Part shown: positions 10,982 through 20,448 of the stretch, piece after piece
Numbering within the stretch: the stretch's first letter is position 1
Layout of the letters: every line of letters starts with the position of its first letter
Assembly (NCBI GenBank): GCA_963715985.1
Contig: CAVQSP010000011.1
Coordinates: forward strand, 128,001 to 192,000
Direction: 5' to 3'
Length of the DNA: 64,000 nucleotides
Origin: an uncultured Thermoleophilia bacterium
Lineage (GTDB): Bacteria; Actinomycetota; Thermoleophilia; UBA2241
Notes under the pieces: model-generated
Database searches by the model: none
What the model saw: the letters and a program-made list of their open reading frames with translations, nothing else
Told to the model about the DNA's origin: nothing
Translations under genes and position numbers: made by a program

Positions 10982-12310
10982 TCAGAGCCGGGAGAAGTAC
11001 TTGCGGATCTCCCAGTCGGTGACCTGCTCGCGGTACTCGTACCACTCGTTGAGCTTGTTGGTCACGAAGCGCTCGAAGACGTGGTCGCCGAGCGTGGTGC
11101 GCACGAGCTCGCTGTTCTGCGTGGCGCTGATCGCCTCGAACAGGTTGTTGGGCAGCGAGCCGAGGCCGTGCGTCTCGCGTTCGTCGGCGGTCATCTTGTA
11201 GATGTTGGGCTCGACCCCGGCGGGGAGCTCGTAGCCCTTCTCGATGCCCTCGAGGCCGGCGCTCAGCATGACGGCGAACGCCAGGTACGGGTTGGCGGCC
11301 GGGTCCGGGTTGCGCAGCTCGGCACGCACCGTGCTCTCCTTGCCCTGTACGTACAGGGGCACGCGGATGAGGGCGGTGCGGTTGCGGTGCGCCCAGCTGA
11401 TGTACACCGGTGCCTCGTAGCCGGGCACCAGGCGCTTGTAGCTGTTCACGTACTGGTTGAGCACCGAGGTGAACTCGCGCATGTGGCGGAGCTGGCCGGC
11501 GATGAAGCCTTTGGCGATGTCGCTCAGGTGGTCCGGGTCGGTCTCACTGAAGAAGGCGTTGCTCTTCTCCCGGAACAGGCTCTGGTGCACGTGCATGCCG
11601 CTGCCGTTCTGGCCGTGCATGGGCTTGGGCATGAAGGTGGCGTGCACGCCGTTGTGCGCCGCGACTTCCTTCACGATAAGGCGGATGATCATGACGCGGT
11701 CCGCCATCTCCAGGGCCTTGTCGTAGTGCGGGTCGATCTCGTGCTGCGACGGGGCGACCTCGTGGTGGCTGGCCTCCATGTGGATGCCGAGCTTGTCCAG
11801 GGTGCGCATGGTCTGCTTGCGCAGGTCGTTGCCGAGGTCGTCGGGCAGCACATCGAAGTAGCCGCCCTCGTCGGTGAGCTCGGGGTACTCGGCGTCCTTG
11901 AAGTAGAAGTACTCCAGCTCGGGGCCTATGTAGAAGTCCAGACCCAGGGCCTTGGCGCGCTCGAGCTGGCGGCGCAGCACCCAGCGCGGGTCGCCCTCGA
12001 AGGGTCTGTAGTTGCGGTCCAGAACGTCGCAGAACACGAACGCGGTGCGCTCGCTGCCCTGCGACCAGGGAAGGACGTGGAAGGTGCTCCAGTCGGGCAT
12101 CGCGACGATGTCCGACTCCTCGATCTCGGCATAGCCGCTGATAGACGAACCGTCGAAGGCGGCCCCGCTCTCGATCACGCTGTCGAGCTGGCGGTCGGGG
12201 ACCTCGACCATCTTCAGGTTGCCGAGGATGTCCGTGAACCACAACTGGATGTGCTTCACGTTCTCGTCTGCGACGACCTTGCGGATCGCGGCCTGATCAT
12301 CAGTGCTCAT
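10982..12310 (-). CDS. glnA: glutamine synthetase type I
   Basis: FDGSSI, GPELEYF, HHEVAPSQHE, FMPKP...NGSGMHVHQSL, KRLVPGYEAP, ELRNPD motifs. Confidence 0.95.
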   Translation of the reverse strand: MSTDDQAAIRKVVADENVKHIQLWFTDILGNLKMVEVPDRQLDSVIESGAAFDGSSISGYAEIEESDIVAMPDWSTFHVLPWSQGSERTAFVFCDVLDRNYRPFEGDPRWVLRRQLERAKALGLDFYIGPELEYFYFKDAEYPELTDEGGYFDVLPDDLGNDLRKQTMRTLDKLGIHMEASHHEVAPSQHEIDPHYDKALEMADRVMIIRLIVKEVAAHNGVHATFMPKPMHGQNGSGMHVHQSLFREKSNAFFSETDPDHLSDIAKGFIAGQLRHMREFTSVLNQYVNSYKRLVPGYEAPVYISWAHRNRTALIRVPLYVQGKESTVRAELRNPDPAANPYLAFAVMLSAGLEGIEKGYELPAGVEPNIYKMTADERETHGLGSLPNNLFEAISATQNSELVRTTLGDHVFERFVTNKLNEWYEYREQVTDWEIRKYFSRL

Positions 12311-12518
12311 CGTCATCCTCTCGGGTCGGTGGTGCGCTCCTGCGCATCGGTCGTGGGGTGAAACGCCGGTGACTCTATGTGGACGCGAGCGCGACGCCCG
12401 CGGGTGAAGACGCACGGCAGGGCCGCAGCCGGAACTGCGAGGAGAGGTGAGGAGGTGAAAGGAGCGGCCCCCGGACGGGGGCCTGCAAGAACGACTCTAT
12501 CGCGGAGCGCCACATGCG

Positions 12519-12569
12519 TCATGCGGCGGACTCCTCGAGGATGAAGGCGGTGTCGCCTGTGCTGATCAT
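12519..12569 (-). pseudogene. 16-codon ORF resembling the N-terminus of an ammonium transporter (Amt)
   Basis: GAGGAGAGG RBS then MISTGDTAFILEESAA*; lies upstream of glnA. Confidence 0.5.
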
Positions 12570-12670
12570 GCCGATCCCTCTCCTCAGAGGTCACGCTGCG
12601 TCTGTGCGATGAACCAGTATATCGCGCGCGGACGGCGGCTGCCCAGCGAGAGCGCGACGGGCGCGGCGCT

Positions 12671-12901
12671 GGGGCGGGCACGGCGTTGGGGGCGGGCACG
12701 GCGTTGGGGGCGGGCACGGCGTTGGGTTCGCGAAGGGCCATTCAAGCAACGGCACTTCCAACGGTACTTCCAAACGTGCCTTCGCTTGATACGCGCCGCG
12801 CGAACATGCCCCTCCGGCGGTCACACCGGGGCCGCGCGAACATGCCCTTCCGGCGGTCCTGCCGGTGCCCCGCGACCGCGCCCCTCTGACGGTCCTGCCG
12901 G
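12671..12901. repeat. short tandem repeats: 3x 18 bp (12671-12726) and 36-bp-period repeats (12795-12901)
   Basis: GGGGCGGGCACGGCGTTG x3; GCCGCGCGAACATGCCCYTCCGGCGGTC x2. Confidence 0.8.
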
Positions 12902-13058
12902 CGCAGCGCATGCCCACCGCCGGCATGGCCGACCTGTCGCCGGAGTGGCCGGCGCGGCTGCGGCATCCGGCCCCACGCCCGGCCAGTGCTGAGCGCCTGG
13001 TCCGTCAAGGTGCCGCCGTCCGCCTGGCGGTCAGCTGGACTGCGTGCCGCCGCACGCT

Positions 13059-13076
13059 TTGTGACATTCTGCACAA
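13059..13076. promoter_or_regulatory. palindromic operator, Rex- or CRP/FNR-like
   Basis: TTGTGACATTCTGCACAA in an AT-richer patch upstream of the CODH/ACS cluster. Confidence 0.55.
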
Positions 13077-13197
13077 TGATTGCGGCCTGAATATCCGTCC
13101 TGTACAGTGTTTTGCAGCTTCACCGGGCGCCTCCGCCGCCGTCGCGCGGCCGTGAGGCGCCTCTCATCCATTCGCATCACTTGACAAGGAGCGGTCG

Positions 13198-13521
13198 ATG
13201 GAAGAGCTGGTTCTCGCGGTGCCGGGCCTGTGGGCCGATCACCACGTGCTCACCGTGCGCGACCTGCTCAGGCAGGACGAGGCCGTCAAGGTCGTCACCG
13301 TGAGCGCCCTGGAACGCAGCGTGACGCTGGCGTTCGACCCTGCCCGCACCGACCCTCAGCGTATCGCTGCGCTGCTCGCGGACGGCGGGTACGCGACCGG
13401 GCCGGCCGAGGAACCTGACGCTCCCCCCACGAACAAGCCCGCCTGGGCGACGGCCGGGGTGCGGGTCACCCGCACCAACGCCGTCGACCTCGCGATGTCC
13501 GGAGACCACCGCAAGTACTGA
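13198..13521 (+). CDS. HMA-fold protein with His-His in place of CxxC (candidate nickel chaperone)
   Basis: AAGGAG RBS; VPGLWADHHVLTVRDLL...VTLAFDP...LADGGY matches the HMA pattern. Confidence 0.65.
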   Translation: MEELVLAVPGLWADHHVLTVRDLLRQDEAVKVVTVSALERSVTLAFDPARTDPQRIAALLADGGYATGPAEEPDAPPTNKPAWATAGVRVTRTNAVDLAMSGDHRKY

Positions 13522-13636
13522 CGGTCCGCGTCGTTCTCACGCTTGCCCCTCAGAAGCCAGCCGCCGCGCACGCGGCCGCAGCGCCGTCGCACCGTGACCG
13601 CGCTGCCGGCGCCCCGGCGGCAGAAGGAGACCACTC

Positions 13637-15759
13637 ATGGACGATGAGAAGAACGACGTCGTAGCGGCCGGAGCCGCCAAGAGCATCGACCCGGCGGCCA
13701 TCGAGATGCTCGCGCACGCCGACGAGTGCGGCATCGAGACGGCCTTCAGCAGGGCCGACCACATGAAGCCGTGCCCCATCGGCGAGAGCGGCGCCTGCTG
13801 CCGCATCTGCTCCATGGGCCCGTGCCGCCTGGTCGGCAAGGACGCCGAGGAGAAGACGGGCATCTGCGGCGCCGACATGGGCACGATCGCCTCCCGGCAC
13901 TTCGCGCGCCAGGTGGCCGGGGGCGTGGCCGCGCACAGCGACCACGGCCGCGACATGGCCATGACCCTGCGCGCGGTGGCCAAGGGCGAGGCCGCCGGCT
14001 ACACCGTCAAGGACGAGCAGAAGCTCCACTCCGTGGCCGGCTACATGGGTATCCCCACAGCCGGCCGCGAGGTCAACGAGATCGCCCTGGACGTGGCCGA
14101 CAAGGCCCTCGAGCAGTTCGGTCAGTCACACGGCGAGATCATCTACACCAAGCGCGCCACGCTGAAGCGTCAGGCCAAGTGGCGCGAGCTCGGTCTCACC
14201 CCTCGTGCCATCGACCGTGAGGTGGTCGAGATCATGCACCGCACCCACGAGGGCGTGGACCTCGACGCCGAGAACATCCTCAAGAGCGCGCTGCGCTGCT
14301 CCCTGGCCGACGGCTGGGGCGGCGCCATGCTGAGCACGGACATCAGCGACATCCTCTTCGGCACGCCGTCGCCCCTCGCCAGCGAGGTCAACCTCGGCGT
14401 GCTCAAGTCGGACCAGGTCAACGTCATCGTGCACGGGCACGAGCCCACGCTCTCGGCGATGCTCGTGGAGGCCGCCCGCGACCCCGAGCTCATCGCCGAG
14501 GCCCGGGCTGCCGGCGCCGAGGGCATCAACCTCGCCGGCATCTGCTGCACCAGCAACGAGATCCTCATGCGCTACGGCATCCCGGCGGCCGGCAACTTCC
14601 TGCACCAGGAGCTGGCCGTGCTCACCGGCGCCGTCGAGACCATGGTCGTCGACGTGCAGTGCATCATGCAGGCCCTCGGACCGCTCGCGCAGCGCTTCCA
14701 CACGCAGCTCGTCACCACGTCGCCCAAGGCCAAGATCCAGGGTGCGGTGCACGTGGAGTTCGACGAACACCGCGCCCCCGAGACGGCCCGCGAGATCGTG
14801 CGCATGGCGATCGCCAACTACCCCAACCGCGGCCCCATCCACATCCCCGACTTCCACGAGCCGCTCGTGGCGGGCTTCAGTCACGAGTACCTCAACTACA
14901 TGCAGGGTGGCTTCCACCGCGGCTCGTTCCGGCCGCTCAACGACGCGATCATCGCCGGCCGCATCCGCGGACTCGCCGGCGTCGTCGGCTGCAACAACGT
15001 GCGCGTCACGCAGGACGAGGGCATCGTCGACATGATCAAGCGCTTCATCGCCGACGACGTCATGGTCGTGGTGACCGGCTGCGCCGCCACCGCAGGCGCC
15101 AAGGCCGGCTACCTCAGTCCCGAGATCCTCGACCACGCCGGCCCCGGCCTGCGCGAGGTCATGGAGGCCATCGGCATCCCGCCGGTGCTGCACCTGGGCT
15201 CCTGCGTGGACAACTCCCGCATCCTCACGGTGCTCACGCAGGTCGCCACCGAGGGCGGCCTCGGCGAGGACATCGACGACCTGCCGGCGGTGGGCCTCTG
15301 CCCGGAGTGGATGTGCGAGAAGGCCATCGCCATCGGCACCTACTTCGCCGCCTCCGGCGCGCACGTCATCTTCGGCGTGAGCAGCCCGGTGAAGGCCTCC
15401 AGCGAGGCCACGCGGCTCATGACCACCGGCTGGGAAGCGATGGTGGGCGGCGACCTCGAGTTCATCCCGGACTGGGACGAGATGTACGCGCGCTCGCTCG
15501 AGCTCATCGACGCCAAGCGCGAGGCCCTCAAGTTGCCGCAGTACGACCCGGCTCAGTTCGGCGCCAGCGGCGACTCGATGTTCTTCGCCGCCATCAAGGA
15601 GTACCTGGCCGAGAAGGCGGCGGAGCAGGAGCGCGGCCTGGAGACGGTCGGCTCGCCGGTCTACCCGCTCGCCGAGGGCCACTCCCACGACCCCGGCGAA
15701 CGGGCACCCGCACGACGCACGGCGGCGACGGGCACGCGCACGGCGAGGGGGAGGCCTGA
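13637..15759 (+). CDS. cooS: anaerobic Ni-Fe carbon monoxide dehydrogenase catalytic subunit (AcsA/CooS); frameshift near 15700
   Basis: CCRICSMGPC, HGHEP, GICCT, DVQC, GCNN, TGCA, GSCVDN, PEWMCEKA; the likely stop is the TGA overlapping the acsB ATG at 15759. Confidence 0.93.
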
Positions 15760-18045
15760 TGTCGCGCTACATCGCCACGCGCGCGATCCGCGGCGCCAAC
15801 ACCATCCTGGCCGAGGCCGAGACCCTCGTGAACGAGGCCGTCGAAGAGCTCGGCCCCGAGACGCCGGTGGCGTTCACCAACACCGCCTACTACCTGCCGG
15901 TGGTGTACGCCTTCACCGGCGTCAAGGTGCAGACGCTCGGCGACCTGCAGGGCGTCATCGCGCGCGCCAAGGAGCTCGTGCACCCCGTGCCGGCCAGCCA
16001 GTTCTGGCTGCCGTACCTGGGCGAGACGCTGGACAGCGGCGTGGCCACCCTCTTCGCCGAGGAGGCCATCGAGGGCGTGCGCTTCGCCCGCCACCAGGAG
16101 CCGCAGATCCTGCACCTCGACCACGCCGGCAGCGACGGCGAGCGCTTCACCGGCGGCGACCTGCTGGTGCACGGCGACAAGATGAAGCTCAACGGCCCCA
16201 TCGACGACATCCAGCTGCGCGCCTGGGGCATCCAGCTGGTGGACGGGCGCATGCCCGGGTTCTGCGCCATCGTGGGCTGCGCCAAGAGCAACGAGGTCGC
16301 CGTCAAGATCGTGCGCGAGCTGCAGAGCCGCGGCATCCTCATCTTCCTCAGCGGCAACGTCAACGGGCGCAGCATCATCCACCAGCTGCAGGAAGAGGGC
16401 ATCCAGCTCGGCTACGACACCTTCACGGTGCCGTTCGGCGTGGACACCATCTCCGCCGTGTACGCGCTCGGGTTCGCGGCCCGCTCGGCCCTCACCTTCG
16501 GCGGCATGGAGCCGGGCCAGGCGCGCGACATCATGCTCTACAACAAGTACCGCGTGTTCGCCTTCGTGCTGGCCCTCGGCGAGGTGGACGACCTCAAGTA
16601 CGCCACCGCCGCCGGCGCCATCAGCTTCGGCTTCCCCACCATCGCCGACACGCGCATCCCGCAGATCCTGCCCACCGGCGTGACCACCTACGAGCACGTC
16701 GTGAGCATGCCGTTCGACGAGATCCCCGGCGCCGACGACATGGAGAAGACGGAGAAGCTCATCCAGCGCTGCATCGAGGTGCGCGGCGTCAAGGTGCGCA
16801 TCGCCAAGGTGCCCATCCCGGTGAGCTACGGCTCGGCCTTTGAAGGCGAGCGCATCCGCAAGGACATCATGTACGCCGAGTTCGGCGGCAAGCGCTCGCG
16901 GGCCTTCGAGTTCCTGCGCATGCGCCCGGCCGACGAGGTCGAGGACGGCAAGATCACCATCAACGGGCCCGACATCGACACCATGGAAGAGGGCGGAGCG
17001 GCCCCGCTGGGCATGGTCGTCGACGTCAGCGGGCGCAAGATGCAGACGCGACTTCGAGCCCATCCTCGAGCGCCAGTTCCACTACTTCATCAACGGCGTG
17101 GAGGGCATCCAGCACAACGGCCAGCGCGACATCGCCTGGACGCGCATCAGCAAGGGCACCTTCGCCAAGGGCTTCCGCCTGGAGCACTTCGGCAAGGTGC
17201 TGCACGCGCGCATCCACGAGGTGTTCGGCAACATCGTCGACAAGGTGCAGGTGCACCTCACCACCGACGCCGCCGAGGTGGACGAGCTCATCGAGGTGGC
17301 GCGCGTGGCCTACGCCGAGCGCAACGAGCGCATCGCCACACTCACCGACGAGTCGGTGGACACCTTCTACTCGTGCCTGCTCTGCCAGAGCTTCGCGCCC
17401 AACCACGTCTGCGTAGTGAACCCTGAGCGCGTGGGCCTGTGCGGCGCCTACAACTGGCTCGACTGCAAGGCCTCCTTCGAGATCAACCCGACGGGGCCCA
17501 ACCAGCCGGTGCCCAAGGGTCTCGTCATCGACCCGGTCAAAGGCGAGTTCACGGGCCCCAACGAGTACATCCACCAGCACTCCAATCAGACCGTCGACCG
17601 CGTGACGTTCTACTCGTGCATCGAGTCGCCGATGACCTCATGCGGCTGCTTCGAGTGCATCATGGTGCTCGTCCCCGAGGCCAACGGCTACATGATCGTC
17701 AGCCGTGAGGACCCCAGCATGACCCCGTGCGGCATGACGTTCTCCACCCTGGCCGGCACGGCCGGCGGCGGCATGCAGACGCCCGGCATGATGGGCATGG
17801 GCAAGTACTACCTCACCAGCCACAAGTTCATCTCCGGCGACGGCGGCATCCGCCGCGTCGTCTGGCTGAGCTCCAACCTCAAGGAGAGCATGCGACCGGC
17901 CCTGGAGGAGATCTGCGAGCGCGAGGGCGTGCCCGGGCTGCTCGAGCAGATCGCCGACGAGACCGTCGCCACCACCGTTGAGGAACTTCTTCCCTTCCTC
18001 GAGGAACATGGGCATCCTGCCCTGACCATGGATCCCATCTTCTGA
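15759..18045 (+). CDS. acsB: acetyl-CoA synthase; frameshift near 17049
   Basis: LVDGRMPG, GSAFEGERIRK, then DFEPILERQFH, YSCLLCQSFAPNHVC...GLCGA, MTSCGCFEC in the next frame. Confidence 0.93.
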
Positions 18046-18070
18046 ACCCTCGAACGTCTGGAGCGCGCAG

Positions 18071-19033
18071 ATGAGTGCAGTTGAGACCCCGGTAGAGAAG
18101 TGGTCCGGCGCCGTGCGTGAGATCACGCTCGGCAGCAGCTATGGAGGCGGCACCCGAACCAGCACGGTGACGGTGGGCGGCGAGACTGCTCTGCCGTTCC
18201 TCAGCTTCGAAGGCGCCATGCCCAACCGTCCTGCGATCGCCGTCGAGGTCACCGACGTGCGCCCGGACGACTGGTCGCCCGAGCTGCAGGCGACGTGGGG
18301 CGACCTGCTCGGCGACCCGGCCGCGTGGGCGGCGGCAGCCGTGGAGAAGGGCGCCGACCTGATCGCCCTGAGCCTGAGAGGCTGCCACCCGGACAACGGC
18401 GACCTCGACCACACGCACGCGGTGCAGGTGGTCGAGCGTGTGCTCGCGCACGTGGGCGTGCCGCTGCTCGTGTACGGCCCCGGCGTGGCCGACAAGGACA
18501 ACGACGTGCTCGTGGCGGTGGCCGAGGCCACCAAGGGCGAGCAGCTGGCGCTGGGCGTCTGCGAGGAGAAGAACTACCGCACCATCGTGGCCGCCGCCCT
18601 CGGCAACGGCCACACGGTGATCGCCGAGACGCCCATCGACGTGAACCTGGCCAAGCAGCTCAACATCCTCATCTCCGACATGGGCCTGCCGCTGGAGCGC
18701 GTGCTCATGGACCCCAACACGGGCGCCCTGGGCTACGGCATCGAGTACACCTACTCGGTGATGGAGCGTCTGCGCCTCGCCGCCCTCATGGGCGACGCCA
18801 TGACCCAGCAGCCCATGATCTGCCAGGTGGGCAGTGAGGCGTGGCGCCAGAAGGAATGTCGCGCCACTGAGACCCCCGACGCCTGGGGCGACCTCGCCAC
18901 CCGCGGCGTGGGCTGGGAGATCAGCACCGCCGTCACGCTGCTGCAGTCGGGTGCCGACATCCTCCTGCTGCGTCACCCGTCCTCGGTCGCCGCGGTGCGC
19001 GGCGCCATCGACGACCTCATGAAAGGGGCGTGA
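18071..19033 (+). CDS. acsD: corrinoid Fe-S protein small subunit
   Basis: VGGETALPF, PIDVNLAKQLN, LGYGIEYTYSVMERLRLAAL. Confidence 0.95.
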   Translation: MSAVETPVEKWSGAVREITLGSSYGGGTRTSTVTVGGETALPFLSFEGAMPNRPAIAVEVTDVRPDDWSPELQATWGDLLGDPAAWAAAAVEKGADLIALSLRGCHPDNGDLDHTHAVQVVERVLAHVGVPLLVYGPGVADKDNDVLVAVAEATKGEQLALGVCEEKNYRTIVAAALGNGHTVIAETPIDVNLAKQLNILISDMGLPLERVLMDPNTGALGYGIEYTYSVMERLRLAALMGDAMTQQPMICQVGSEAWRQKECRATETPDAWGDLATRGVGWEISTAVTLLQSGADILLLRHPSSVAAVRGAIDDLMKGA

Positions 19034-19036
19034 CCC

Positions 19037-20386
19037 ATGGCCCTGTCTGGACTCGAGATCTACAAGCTGCTGCCCAAGACCAACTGCAAGGAGTGCGGCT
19101 TCCCCACCTGCCTGGCCTTCGCCATGAAGCTGGCGCAGAAGGGCACCGAGCTGGACAACTGCCCCTACGTGAGCGATGAGGCCAAGACGGCGCTGGACGC
19201 CGCCTCGGCGCCGCCCATCAAGCTCGTCACCATCGGCGCCGGTGAGCGCGCCTTCGAGATCGGCAACGAGGTCGTGCTGTTCCGCCACGAGAAGACCTTC
19301 TACCACCAGCCTGGGCTGGTGGCGCGTGTGGCCTGCGACGACCCGCAGCTCGCGGCGAAGGCGGCGGCGGCTTGCGCCTATGAGGTCGAGCGCGTCGGCA
19401 TGATCCTGCGCCTCGACGGCCTCGCCGTGGAGCACACCGCGGGTGACGCGGCCGCGTACGCCGCGGCGGTGGCCGCGGCCCGCGCAGCCGCCCCCGGCCT
19501 GCCGCTCGTGCTCATGACGTCCGACGCGGCGGCGGCCGACGCGGCCCTCGCGGGCGGCGCCGCCGCGGAGAAGCCGCTCCTGCACGCCGCCACTGCCGCC
19601 AACTGGCAGGCCATGGCCGAGGTCGCCGTGAAGCACGGCGTGCCGCTGGCCATCAACGTGGAGAACGGCGATCTCTCAGGGCTGGCTGAGCTCTCCGCCC
19701 AGGTCACGGGCGCCGGTGTGGAGGACCTCGTCCTCGACCCCGGCACCGGCACTCTGGGCGCGGACCTCGCGGCCTTCACCCAGCTTCGCCGCCTCGCCCT
19801 CAAGAAGGGCGCCCGCGCCCTCGGCTACCCCATCTTCGCCCTCTGCGGCGCGGACACGTGGGAGCTGGAGCTGGCCCGCGCCTCGCAGGCGATCGGCAAG
19901 TACGCCGGCGTCATCGTGCTCGACCACACCGAGCCGTCCGTCTACTACGCGCTCATCACGCTGCGCCAGAACCTGTACACCGACCCGCAGAAGCCCATCC
20001 AGGTGGAGCCCAAGCTCTACGAGATCGGCTCCCCCACCGCCGACAGCCCGATCATGATCACCACGAACTTCTCGCTCACGTACTTCTCCGTGTCCGGCGA
20101 GGCGGAGGGTGCGGGCATGCCGTCGTGGCTGCTCGTCGCCGACAGCGACGGCCAGTCCGTGCTCACCGCCTGGGCGGCCGGCAAGTTCGACGCCGAGAAG
20201 ATCGCCAAGACCGTCAAGGACAGCGGCATCGAGAACATGGTGAACCACCGCAAGCTGGTCATCCCCGGCCACGTGGCCGGCCTCTCCGGCGAGGTGGAGG
20301 AGGAGCTCCCCGGCTGGCAGATCATGGTGGGCCCGCGCGACGCCGTGGACATCCCCAACTACCTCAAGACGGTCTGGAGTGCGTGA
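19037..20386 (+). CDS. acsC: corrinoid Fe-S protein large subunit
   Basis: LPKTNCKECGFPTCLAFA...CP, YTDPQKP, TTNFSLTY, SVLTAWAAGKF. Confidence 0.95.
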   Translation: MALSGLEIYKLLPKTNCKECGFPTCLAFAMKLAQKGTELDNCPYVSDEAKTALDAASAPPIKLVTIGAGERAFEIGNEVVLFRHEKTFYHQPGLVARVACDDPQLAAKAAAACAYEVERVGMILRLDGLAVEHTAGDAAAYAAAVAAARAAAPGLPLVLMTSDAAAADAALAGGAAAEKPLLHAATAANWQAMAEVAVKHGVPLAINVENGDLSGLAELSAQVTGAGVEDLVLDPGTGTLGADLAAFTQLRRLALKKGARALGYPIFALCGADTWELELARASQAIGKYAGVIVLDHTEPSVYYALITLRQNLYTDPQKPIQVEPKLYEIGSPTADSPIMITTNFSLTYFSVSGEAEGAGMPSWLLVADSDGQSVLTAWAAGKFDAEKIAKTVKDSGIENMVNHRKLVIPGHVAGLSGEVEEELPGWQIMVGPRDAVDIPNYLKTVWSA

Positions 20387-20448
20387 GATCAGGTGAGCGT
20401 GTGTCTGTCTGAAGCAGCACCAGTCGTGACCGGCGCCGAAGGGCAGCG

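Noticed and set aside
12671-12901. CRISPR array
   Set aside because: Tandem units without unique spacers of regular length; no cas genes
13637-16843. 1068-aa CODH as a novel fusion protein
   Set aside because: Past ~15700 the frame is Arg/Pro-rich shadow sequence overlapping acsB; explained by an indel
19037-20386. hgcA mercury methylase (given the nearby arsR/arsM and ferredoxin)
   Set aside because: Has SVLTAWAAGK rather than N[V/I]WCAAGK, an N-terminal Fe-S domain and no membrane tail; it is ordinary AcsC
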